Assembly: GCF_009914755.1 (NCBI RefSeq)
Contig: NC_060925.1
Direction: 5' to 3' (one strand)
DNA length: 64,000 nt
Source of the DNA: the human T2T-CHM13v2.0 reference genome, Homo sapiens
Under the pieces are notes generated by a model that saw only the letters and a program-made list of their open reading frames with translations, did no database searches and was not told where the DNA came from. Of the stretch, positions 15,097 through 40,278 are shown in pieces; position 1 is the first letter of the stretch, and each line of letters opens with the position of its first letter. A program made the translations under genes and the position numbers.

Positions 15097-17437
15097 TTAC
15101 ATACAGCTACACATTTCATGTGCACAATAGTTCTAGTGGCATTTTCTACTATTATCCCACTTTACAGATGAGTAAACATGCATAAAGAGGTTAAGTTATT
15201 GGCTCAAGGTAACTCAGTTTTCCCAAAGTGCACAAATCCAGATGGAACCAGAATTTGAATCCAGGCATGCTTAGTTATGAAGCGCACATTATCAGTACAC
15301 TATAAGACCTTATCTCTGCTTATCAGAGTTTGAGTTTGGAATAAATGATCTAAGATCAAACAGAGGTTTGTTTGATCAGCCTGCACAATTACTTATGTGA
15401 GGAAGAAAGTAGCAATCTTCTAGTTCTACAACTTTTGTGTTACAAGCTGGCATAAAAGGATGTGCATAGCTTGTTTGATTGAATGCTATAATTCCCAGGA
15501 TCGTTCCTTTCTCATTCTTCCCCACCCTGTGGTGTTAGAGTCTGCTATTACAGTGGATGAAAATCAAATGCTTAGACACACAGAAAAATATGGATATGCT
15601 ATCCACATGACGCTCACATTAAAATGGCAGGACATGGAGAAAATGATACTGCGGGCAGCCAGGAGCTCCTCTCCTGACACCTCATGGCAGTGAAAGGCAA
15701 GTGTGCACAGTCCTTTGAAGCCTCTTTCTTTCCTTAGTTGAATCATTTCAGGAGTGAACTGCATACATTGTTAAAATATCCAGTGAGAGGTGGAAAGAAT
15801 GGCACAGTCTTATGGGAGCTTGAAAGGTCTCTGTTCTTCTCGTGCATTTTAAAGTCAGGCTGGCTGTCTTTGGTGTAGTCTTTTTGGCAGGCCAAAAAGT
15901 TTACGTGTTTTGAAGAAAATGATGCGTGTTCTTCTTTGTAGTTTTGCTAAGCATTTAAAAGCACAAAAGAGGGTCTTTTAAAAATGTAACTGCAATTGAA
16001 ATGCCTGGAGAACAGAAGCAGCAGATATGGCTAGTGTAGGCACACTCCAGAGCTTTGAGCATGATGCTCAGACTGAAGGAGGATCAGAAGAACTCACTGG
16101 AGTTAACAAAAGCATTATTTATAGAAGCAGCAAAGTGTAAGAAGCTGATAGCCACGCTGGTAGTTAGACACAGTATTTGCTGACTATTTTTCAAATACGT
16201 TTTTGATAATAGCTAATGAATCTGGCTAAGGTGGACATTACTTACGGTTCTCAGTTCATTAAAAATGCACACATCTGTGTGTATATATGCTTCATCAAAC
16301 ATGCATGTGGACTAAATGCATCAGAAGTCCTGCTAAATACTCTCAGAATCACATCTATAAGACAATCATTCCCACATTTTCAAGACTAAGGCCGTGGTGC
16401 TTTTCAAATAAGTTTTATTAAGAAATACAGTAAAGAAGCAGGTTTTCTCTTCTTCTGATTTGATGACATGAACATGCAGGCCCACTCTAGAGTTTTAAGG
16501 GAAAGCCCAGTGAATTTTAAGACCTAGACCGCCAGGTTACAACTATTTCTAGAATTTTACATTTTTTTATTTTCATGTGTTTGTGGTTTCATAAGCAAAA
16601 TATCCTGCCCCTCATGTCTCATTCACCTGCTCCTAGGAAGAGATAATGCCCTTCCTGTTCACTTTATGTGTTTGTTATGAGGAAGATGGATGCAGATAGC
16701 ATCACTCTCTCCTTTCCGCATTTTCTCTGTCTACCTCCCTTCTCTGCCTTGGGCTTTGTCAGTTCCTTTCTCTCTACACTGCATCTCTTTCAGTTCCAAA
16801 AATAGATCATTCAATTTAGGAAGAACAATTAACTGGAAAGAAAAAAAATCTCAAGTATGGGGAGGCATTTCAGCTTCTCTATCAGGCATGAAGTAATTGG
16901 CAACACCACAGCAGCATCTTTACTGGGGATCCTGTTTCATTATTAAATGTGAGCTTCAGGAAAATCAAGGACTCAGAAAAATTGAACTCACTTCTACAGG
17001 TCCCCAACACCTCCCTTGTCAGCTCCAAACATGTCCCAGAACAATGACACAAAGAAGACTTTACTGCTGGGATTTCACCAATGTTTGTACTAGATTTGCT
17101 CCATGCAGCGCTCTTGGATAGTTTGCATGATTTCTTACCCAGTAAATATTTATCTTCTCAATACATTGACCTGTCCCTTGAAATCTTATATGTCTAGAGC
17201 ATTCTAATGGTGCCCAGGGATATTTCACATAACGTTGTAGTCAGCTTAGGGCAATGTTTCTCTAAGTGTGATCTTTAGAAATAGCTAAATTAGAATCACT
17301 AGGGTGTTTGTTAAAAAGATTCCTAGTCTACTTCTCAAACAGAATATTCAGGTGATTTTAATGGATTTGAGAAAATGCTAACTTAAGGATTCTTCATAAA
17401 GCATGGCCTAGTTTAGAAAGTTAAAAACCTTTTAAAG

Positions 17438-17650
17438 CAGTAGTTCTCAACGGAGGGGATTTTGTCTTCTAGACCAAGGTCTACAGATATTTTTGATTGT
17501 CAAAGGCAGAAGGGATGTGCGGGTCCTACTGGTATTTAGTGGGTAGAGTCCAGCAACAGTGCAAAATGTTTTACAACGTATAGGAGAACTTCCCACAACA
17601 AAAAATTATTCAACCCAAAATGTCAATGGCGCTGACTTTGAGAAACCCTG
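17438..17650. mobile_element. MER20 hAT DNA transposon
   Basis: Termini CAGTAGTTCTCAA...TTGAGAAACCCTG; internal CACAACAAAAAATTAT...CCAAAATGTCAAT. Confidence 0.75.
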
Positions 17651-18463
17651 CTATGGAGGGATGGTCATTTCTGATCCCAATCTGGAATTCCCAGTCACTA
17701 GACAGATAAAAATTCTTAGAGCCACCTCTGAATTAAACTGATAATGAAGCTAAAACAAGGAGTAAGTTATTTAGGTATAAAAATAAAGTCAATTGAAAAA
17801 CCATAGTCTGGTTTTCCAATGACTCCTTTTGAAAACCATACTAATATTATTGGAAGGCGACTGAGAGGAAGGGATGTAAAAAATAACAGAATTGGAAAGA
17901 AGAAAATAGCAAATAAGACAAGTCAACGTATTACAGAAAATGAAAAATGCTTGAATCAATGCTATCTCATCTAGGATTCAAGTTTATCTATTCTGTTGAA
18001 AGTGTTTAGTTGGTGAAGAAAATGGTCAACGCAGGCCAACAAAAGGCAAGTTGACTTTTAGTGCTGCAACCAGAAAAGGCTCAGGAATGGAAAATACTAG
18101 TTACTTCTGAAGGCAGGCTTGGAAGGTGAAGGAGAAGTATTGTGTAAAATTTTGTAGAAGGAAAAGTCTAGCCTGTAGATGTCTGCTATTTAATATGGTT
18201 ACCACTAGCCACATGTAGCTACTTAAATTATTAATTTAAATTAAATTAAATTTTGGCTGGGCATGGTGGCTCAAGCCTGTAAGAGGCAGAAGTTGGCAAC
18301 AGAGTGAGACCCCCATCTCAAAAAACTAAAAATGAAAAGAAAAGAAATTACAAAAAACAGATACAGACTTCAATAATTCCAGAGATTAGAATTATCAGAA
18401 CCAAAATATTATATACACACACACACAAGTGCACACACACTTGAAGATATATATGTATATTTA

Positions 18464-20300
<1,837 letters not shown>

Positions 20301-20404
20301 GCAATTTATTTTATTATGCTCCATAATTTATATTTATAATACAACAGTATTTTAAATGTACTAAATACTACAAAATAATTTATTTTTATTTTCTTTTATT
20401 TTTT

Positions 20405-20477
20405 AGAGGCTTTCGAGCAAAAAAAAAAAAAAAAACCTGAAGGCCTGATAGACAAATTCTAAAAGAGCTGTAACACT
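20405..20477 (-). pseudogene. U7 snRNA processed pseudogene
   Basis: Reverse complement reads AGTGTTACAGCTCTTTTAGAATTTGTCTAT...GAAAGCCTCT, matching the U7 histone-downstream-element-binding 5' end, the U7 Sm site and the 3' hairpin, followed by an A-rich tail. Flanking near-repeat ACTA(C/T)AAAATAATTT. Confidence 0.9.
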
Positions 20478-20987
20478 ATAAAATAATTTTTAAGACACTA
20501 AATTATTTCCAATCTAGAATTCTATACTCAACCAAACTGTCAATCAAGTATGAGGGTAACAATCGAGAATAAATATATAGATATATAAGATAGCCAAAAA
20601 TTTCCTTCCCATGTACTCTATTAATATTAGGGACTAAGCTAAGAAACAGGAAAATTTGGGATCCAGGAAACTGAGGATCCTATCCAAGGGAGGCAAAGAT
20701 AGTGTCCAGGATATGGTAGGGAGGAGTTTCAGGATGTCAGTTTGAAGCCACAGTACAGATTGGAACAGAAGTATGGAGAGTTCAAAGAAAGATATTTTCA
20801 ATAAGCAATTAGAACTAATGGATTACATGATGCATTTGATCCTGTGGAACGGCATTTAGAGTTCTGTAAGGTTCAGAAACATTAGTGATAGGTACAAAGA
20901 AAACAAAATTTTTAAAGGACAACTACTAATTGCAGTTTTTTTTTAAGTACAGAGAAATGAAAGCATACTATTAGATCACAAGACTTA

Positions 20988-22601
<1,614 letters not shown>

Positions 22602-22676
22602 TCAGACTTTTCAGCAGTATATATTTCAGTGAACTCTAGAAATATACTAATCTTAATAACCTTTAATAAGTCATAT

Positions 22677-23045
22677 TGAGGTAGGCATGGGACTTAACTC
22701 CAGAGGCAGGCCTAGGACATCCCACCAAATTGACAACTTGCGAAAACAGGGATGAGGCAGAAGCAGCTTTCCATAAGACACGTGCACCAGTGTACAACCT
22801 CAGTTTACCATTGCCATGGCAACACCTGGAAGTTACCACCCCTTTCCATGGCAACGACCTGATAACCCAGAAGTTACCATCCTTTTCTAGAAATTTCTGT
22901 ATAAATCACTTCTTAATTTGCATGTAATAACAAACAGGTATAAATATGAGTGCAGCATTGCCTCTGAGCTGCTCCTCTGGGCACACTGCCTACAGGGTAG
23001 CCCTGCTCCACAAGGAGCAGTGCCTCTGCTGCTGCTGTGCACTGC
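22677..23045 (+). mobile_element. ERV1 LTR (MER66-like), 3' truncated
   Basis: Starts TGAGGTAGG; repeated CCATGGCAAC...GAAGTTACC; TATAAA at ~22939. Confidence 0.6.
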
Positions 23046-23237
23046 ATTAGTGTCTATTTGGCCCTCATATTTTCTTATTCACTTGATATTAGGCTGAATA
23101 TTATAGTTTCTTTGAAAAAAAATGGAGTTTTCCATTGACAGAATCTTATTAATATGTATAGTTAGCAGAAACTTTCACTTTCAATCACCCAACCACCCCC
23201 ACCCCTTCCTGAGTCTATCAATATGTATTTATGTGTC

Positions 23238-24991
<1,754 letters not shown>

Positions 24992-26109
24992 GGCAGCAAC
25001 ATACTCTTAATGATAGCTTGTTTTGGGGAGGAAAATGAACTCTTTATTTTTTCTCTGAGCCACTTGTATTGCTAATATCAGTTCATACTCTTGTGATCAA
25101 CTTCAGTTGCTGTGTTGGTTAAAATAGTGTTTGGCTACACGTATTCGTAGAACAATCACAGTTTTTTCAGAAAATACAGAATTATTTTTCTTATATAATA
25201 AGTCCAGAGGTGGGTAGTCAAGGACTGATATGGTTTTACATATTGCTTGGGAATCCATATAGTTTTCCTTGAAATCAAGGATCCAAGCCATTTGTAGTTT
25301 CCTCTTCTTCCATCCATAATAGCACTTTTAATTCTCATGATCTGAAGATGACTATTATTTTCAGATATCACATTTGTGCCCCAGGCAGCGATAAGAAAGA
25401 AAAGGGCAAAAGGCATGAACATGTGGAGTCTGTCCATTTTTACCACTAAAAAAAAAAATAGCTTTCCCAGAAGTTCAGCCCAAGAAACTGCTTCTTAGAT
25501 TGCATTGCCCAGAACTAAGACACATGATCACACCTAAATGCAAGGAAGCTGGGAGATTAAGTTAGTTCTCTGGGTACATTGCTGTTAAACTACATCATGA
25601 TTTGTAGGGAAGAGTGTATGTTAGGGGTATACAACTAGTTGGGCCTGCCAGCCACACATTTTCCTTTTAAATGTAGAAAGTGGAATGCTTTCTTACTGGC
25701 TACAGTTTCTATTGATCTTTTTCATATACAAGTACTAAAGATGGAGGAAAAGAAGGCTGGAGGGTCCTAAGGGAGTAGAGTCACCTGGAAATAAGAGGTT
25801 AACTTGTTTTCTCCAGTCACAGTGCCTTTTGAACATCTCCTCTCCTGACTCCTTCAACTTTTCGCTTTCACAGGGGAAAAGAAGTGTTAAGGGCTCCAAA
25901 ATTATAGTGATTCAGAGAAGCTAGACTTGAAGGAAGCTGAGCAGCCTGGCTAATATTACTGGGGCAAACCAAAGTAGGCTAAATTTCACATATTCACTGA
26001 CTAGAGAAGGGGGGAAGGATACTTGGGGTAAGCAAGGGCAATCAGAATGCCATAGGTCAAGAGGTCAAGGGTCCATTCTGATTGTGAATTTCAAAAATGC
26101 TACAAATTC

Positions 26110-26435
26110 TTTTTTTTTTTTTTTGAGATGGAGTCTTGCTCTGTCACCCAGGCTGGAGTGCAGTGGCGGGATATTGGCTCACTGCAACCTCCGTCTCCTG
26201 GGTTCAAGTGATTCTCCAGAATCAGCCTCAGCCTCCGGAGTAGCTGGGATTACATGTGCCTGCCACCACACCTGACTAATTTTTGTATTTTTTAGTAGAG
26301 ATGGGGTTTCACCATGTTGGCCAGGCTGGTCTTGAACTCCTGACCTCAAGTGATTCACCCTCCTCGGCCTCCCAAAGGGAGGCCTCGGGAGGTTGAAACT
26401 GCTGGGATTATGGGTGTGAGCCACCGTGCCTGGCC
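26110..26435 (-). mobile_element. AluS-like within an MLT1-like LTR (to ~26950)
   Basis: Antisense Alu with a small palindromic insertion at ~26377-26399. Confidence 0.85.
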
Positions 26436-27611
26436 AATGTTTCCAATTCTTCAGCCCTTCCTTTGCAATGTGATTTTGTAGCTGCTACCTTCAAGAGATG
26501 GTATAGGTGGTGTCCGTTTTCCAATCTTTGAATCTAGGGTGGCTTTGGGACTTCCTTTTGTTGGTAGAATGTTATGGAAATGTTCCAGTTCCAAGCTTAG
26601 GACTCTAAAGACATTGTGCACTTTCACTCTCTCTCGGAACTCTGTCTCTACTGTGTAAGAAAGTCTAAGCTAGAGTGACGGATGTTGAGAAATGGAGGAG
26701 CCAATCACTATTGTAGCCCCAGACTAACGCATAGCTAGCCAACTGTCAGGCATGTAAGTGAGGCCATCTTTAACCAGGCAGGTGCCAGCCCACCTTCTGG
26801 CTGTCTTAATAAGCACAGATACATTCAGCTCATCATGACCCAGTTCAGCAGAACCAGCTAGCTGATCTGTAGACTTGTGAGCAATTAAAAATGGTTATGC
26901 TTTGAAGCCAGTAATTTGGGACAGTTTGGTATATAATAGTAGATAATTGATATAGTGACAACCGGGATTCCCTAAAATAAAGCTCCCTTTTGGGATTCTA
27001 CAACTATCTCAGGGGTTTACATGTATATTTTATCTATACTGTAAGATAAATTGCTTTAGTTAAATATGAGCAGGAACAGTCTCTCAACTGAAAGGAAGTG
27101 TGGTATGGAGGCTAGACAGAGAAACTATACAGGCAGGTTACTACCTGAATGGGTTGTGAGATTTAGGAATCGTGAAAGAAAAGTATAATTTTATTAGTGG
27201 TCTCCAAGGCAGGGAAGAACAAAAGAGAAATAATACAGTTCTGGAAGAAACCACCCAAGAGTAATGGAAGGAATTAGAAAATTGGCCATTTATTGAATGT
27301 TTATTCTCTATCAGGCACTGTACTAAATGCTTAACATTCATTGTGATCTGATTTCAAACTAACCACAATCTTAAAAGTTGTGAAAATGGTGGGAGTTTAG
27401 ATAAGTTAATTTACTTGGCCAAGGTCACAAAACTGGAGAGTTTCAGAGCCAGGGTCTGCTTGATCTCTAAGCACTGGGCTCTGCTGTTCACCTTGTGTTT
27501 GTGTCTAGGACTCTGGTGGTAAATTGCCATGTGACTGAAAATCTTTTCTGCACTGCATTTAACATCATAGATGATAAACATTTGAGTTGCTAAGTCAGTA
27601 TAGCAACTCAT

Positions 27612-27788
27612 ACCTTTGTGCTTTGTTTTCTTTGAAAAACTTATTACTTCCTGACATTGACTTCTTGCTGTGTTCATGTATGTTTCATTAAAATATAAGT
27701 TCCATGACAGCAGAGACCATGCCTGGCACATCCACTGCTGGTATATCCACTAGTGACTAGAAAGTGCCTGGCATATAGTACATGGTCA
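27612..27788 (+). repeat. 177-bp direct duplicate of 29013-29176 plus 29495-29507
   Basis: Only 3 mismatches seen; lacks the Alu present in the other copy. Confidence 0.95.
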
Positions 27789-28502
27789 GTATAGTATACC
27801 AGGGTTCATTCTAGTATCACCAGCACAAACTAGTCTTAAGTCCAAGGTCTTCTCATTTTCCACTATCATCTCCCTTCATAGATTAAGAGAAAGGAAGGGA
27901 CAAGACCACAGGATAGTTGTTTCTGACACCTTTCTCACCAAGATTGTTAGAACACAGGTATACACAAGGACACATAAACATACATGCACACACACAGACT
28001 ATACATATGCTGTGAGACTACTTCTTTGACTTTGCCTTATATGTTCTTTTTTTCTAAATGATCAATCATATTTAGGTAGTGCTCACTCCTGGTGAAAATG
28101 TGGTAGAAAAAGCATATGCTTTGGAATTATATTTGTTGAACCTAGTTTCCTCACGTGTAAAATGGGAGTGATAGTATTTATCTTACAAAGGATATTTTCT
28201 TCATCTCATTAAGTATCAACACCACATATTTAGTTAGAAAAGCCAGAATCCAGAAATGAGCTCTGACTTCACCTCCAAAAATGTCATGAATCTAACTAAT
28301 CATTTTATAACATGCCCAGTACTTCTGTCCTTGTCCAAGGTACCATCATTTCTGGCCTAAGCTACTATATCATGCCTTCAGCATTCTTCTTGCTTGCATT
28401 TAACCCCACTCCCACCCCTGCAATCTATCCTTCATTAATGTAAAACCTACCTACCTCCCTGACCTTGGCTTTACGCCACACTCCCCTCTTGCCACACTGA
28501 CT

Positions 28503-28820
<318 letters not shown>

Positions 28821-29176
28821 TGACTTCAGTTCTTATCCGTCAAACATTCTAGGCACTTTCGTGCCTCACAGCCTTTGGATTGACTGTTTCTTCTGCCTGG
28901 CCTCATGTGACTTACTCCCTTTTACCACTTATGTCAGAGCTTACATGCCCGTCCTCCATGTGTCCTTCATGACCACTCCATCTAAAGTAACTTCCAGGTC
29001 ACTTTCCATCACACCTTTGTGCTTTGTTTTCTTTGTAAAACTTATTACTTCCTGACATTGACTTCTTGCTGTGTTCATGTACGTTTCATTAGAATATAAG
29101 TTCCATGACAGCAGAGACCATGCCTGGCACATCCACTGCTGGTATATCCACTAGTGACTAGAAAGTGCCTGGCATA

Positions 29177-29535
<359 letters not shown>

Positions 29536-30443
29536 TCATTCTCCTAATTAGCATCATCCAGGGGACTGCCAATGCAATTAGAATAAAATCCAAATGCCTT
29601 ACTTTGTAAGTATGAACTTACAAAAGTTCATACGATACCTGATCTCTGCTCCCCACTCTGATAGTACTTTTGTATACTCTTTCTCTTGCTCATTATGTTC
29701 CAGTTTCTCTGGCTTTCTTTCCTTCAAATTATCTGCACTCAAGCCCTTTGTGCAAGTGGCTCCCTCCTTCTCATCTCTTCCAATTGCTCTTTCCCAGAGC
29801 AATTTGCATATTGGCATATTTGGCTTCTTGTCACTCAAGACTAACCCCAAATGTGAGCTTTGGGAAGGTCCTTTCCTGACCATCTTATCTAAAGTTGCCT
29901 CTCTAAATTCATGTTATATTACCCTGTATTATGTTATTCATAGCATTTAGGAATCTCTGAGCTTATTTCTTTTTTTGCTTATTGTGTTTTCCCATATGAG
30001 AATAGAAGCTCCATGAAATTAGGGAATTCAGTCTGCTTTATCACCACTATATTCCCAGTGCCTTGAACAATATAACAATGTCAATGTTCATCTGCACAAC
30101 CCCATCCCCTTTCCTTCTGATTTACTTTCAAGGTTCATACCTTTGGCTCTTTAGCCCTGATATTGATATTGGATTGACTATCATTCAATAGCCAGTCCTA
30201 ATGAGCTGTTGACAGTCTGTGAGCTTGCTTAGTTTAGGAAATAGAAGCAGATATTTCCTAGAAAATCTCATCTGTTAAGAGTCACATGGTTTCCCCAGAC
30301 CAGCAGCTTAAACCTGTAGCATTTACTTTACTTGATAATCCAAAGCTAATAGATGTTACTTTTTCTGGGTCTTTAAATTTCTTGAGATTTTGATTAACAT
30401 AATGGGACTGCTCTAAGAATAATGTAAAGTAGCACATACCACC

Positions 30444-33627
<3,184 letters not shown>

Positions 33628-33936
33628 TCACCAAATTTTGTGTATAATTACTAGGGGTTCACAGAACATCTGAAGCTCATTCATGGACCCTCGTTTAGGA
33701 ATCCCTGTTGGAGGCTCTTCCTGCTCTAACATACAACTCCCATGCTCCATGCAGGCTGGTGGTCCCAGCACTGCTTCAAAACCTGCCCAGTAAGGCAAGG
33801 AGATAGGAACAAGCTTGGAGGGGGAAGATCTCTGTGAACAAGACAGATGAGGTTGGACAGAAGAAAAGGAAGGCAAGGGGAATGGAGGTAGAGAAGTAGA
33901 AAAGTTTAAGGAAAGCAAGAATTAGGGATAAGAGTG

Positions 33937-36879
<2,943 letters not shown>

Positions 36880-37783
36880 GTCTTCCCAATCACACCTAAT
36901 AACATTTCCATTGTGCCTGAAGAGATAGCCTGTACTTCCGTCAAGTTCATTAACCTAGCCCTCCAGATCCAGTTCATCCTTTAGATCCACCGCGAAGCCT
37001 TCTATTCACTCGAACTGGTTACTCCCTTCTCTCATCTCTTATAGGATGTCTAAGGGCTTGTTATCACTTCTATAGCATTTATTATGTATTGAAATATATC
37101 TGGGCAACACTCTAGAGTAATGGTTAAAAGCATAGCTATCGGGGTAAGACAGTTGCAATGATTAAATTAACAAAACACCTTGAATATAATACTTAATTAT
37201 AGTATGGAGTCAATAAATATTACCTATTTTTAGTATCATTGTGTATACACATCTTATTTCCCTACTAAAATGTTCCTAGATGACAATGATCTTCTGGAAT
37301 TGATGGTACCTTTTCCAGTACTTTGCCTAGAAAGATTTTATTAGGTTTGCAATTAGAATTAATTACTCACAAACTGATTTCTTATAGACTCTAGGTTGAC
37401 TTCTTTTCATGCTTTAAAATGTGGTAACTTCGTCTCTGTAAGGGATATGCTAACTCTCAATCACTGTGATTGATATGTGATTTGAGTATATAGTTTTGTG
37501 CTCAACTTTTGATTAGTGTTAATTTTTAAAAAAACAGTTTAAAAATCAGGATATGTATGTGAATAAAACAATTGTTATTAAGTAATATAACATCATAATT
37601 ACAATTAATACTCTGTATTGCATGCCCTCATACCAATAAGTGCCAAGTAGCTTGCTAAAAACTGCTTTGAAATGCTTGCATCAGTGCTCCTTATCTTGCC
37701 AAACTTGTTTTGCGTAATGATTGGTGAGAAGAATAACATTTTATTTGAGGATCTCGAAGCACCTGGCAAGGCTGCTTTCCATT

Positions 37784-37827
37784 TTGCAGATTGGTTACAC
37801 TGCGCTTGCAGATTGGTTACACTGCGC
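37784..37827. repeat. Perfect 22-bp tandem duplication
   Basis: TTGCAGATTGGTTACACTGCGC x2. Confidence 0.95.
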
Positions 37828-38244
37828 TTTGCATTTCCTTTGCTATACTGCCATCCAGGAAGAGGGCTGGCTACACAATAGAATATTTTATATTACAAAA
37901 TATTCTGGACATTTCCTAAGTAATTGGCCTGCTATTTTATCTTATATTCATTGTGACTGTGTACACAGTCAGATTTTTCCCTCTCACTTTGCCCAATGAA
38001 AAGATTGGAAGCAAATTTGTGTCTGTCTGGAGCTATGATACTGGACCTTAGTTATGACTTTTGTTGGCTTTTTTCTTGATCCCATTGTATTTATTTTTTA
38101 TTTTTTCCTACCCATTTTCAATTGGAGTTGTCTTGTTGGAATATGTACCCTTTTAAGCACCTCAAGTTTCCTTTCAAACTGGACAGGCAATAGACACATA
38201 ACTAATTTTTAACACTATTCACACATTTCTGTTAGACTGAAGCA

Positions 38245-38470
38245 GATTGTGCAGTGGAAATACTAGGCCTTTGGAGGGAGTCACACTTGGGTTTAAATTC
38301 CAGCTTTGACACTTAATAACTGTGGACCTTGGACAAATTATTTAACCTTTCTGAGTTCCCTCTCTGTAAAATGGAAATAATAATCCATAACTCACAAAGA
38401 TGTCTTGGGGATTAAATAAAATAACTCATGCAAATTACTTGGTGCATAGTAGGCATTCAATAAATGTCAG
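38245..38470 (+). mobile_element. MIR
   Basis: MIR core-like string TTGGACAAATTATTTAACCTTTCTGAG...CTGTAAAATGGAAATAATAAT. Confidence 0.7.
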
Positions 38471-39099
38471 TTCACTTCTCTTCCCAGTTAATAATGCTTA
38501 TTAGACTATATTAAAAACTAGAACTAGACTGTGATAATGCATTTCTTTATTAGGTATTTAAGCCAAATAACTAATTTCCCCCGGGGGAAGAGAGAGAAAT
38601 GTTGAATTAGTTTCATTTGGTGAACTTATTTATTAATCTTTCTTTTTCTTGAGCATTTTTCAGTTTCATAGTCCATAATTTAGTTTTCATGCAGCAAAAA
38701 TGACACAGTTTGGTATTCTTTTCACCTTTACTGTGCTAGAATTGTTTTTTTAAATGTATCTATTATTACATCTGCCACTTATTAGAGATCTTTATTAATT
38801 ATATTAACAGCTCGATTGTGTTTCATAACTACGTCGTGCTGACAAACTTGTGCTCTCAGCAGTTTCCCTGAGGTCTAAGCATTTAAAAGAATCAAGTTTT
38901 AAATGACAATGCCACAGCAAAAGAAAAGCAGGGGTGGGCGGGAAGACGCACACCGTCTGTGTTCTTTCGTGTTAATTTTATATGTTTGCATTTAAGTGGA
39001 GCCACATTTTCCTCAAGGACGCAACCTAAGTAAGGCGAGCAGGGAAAGTGGAAACTAAGTGAGCTGGAACTACAGTACCATTGCACCTTTAAGGACTGG

Positions 39100-40278
<1,179 letters not shown>

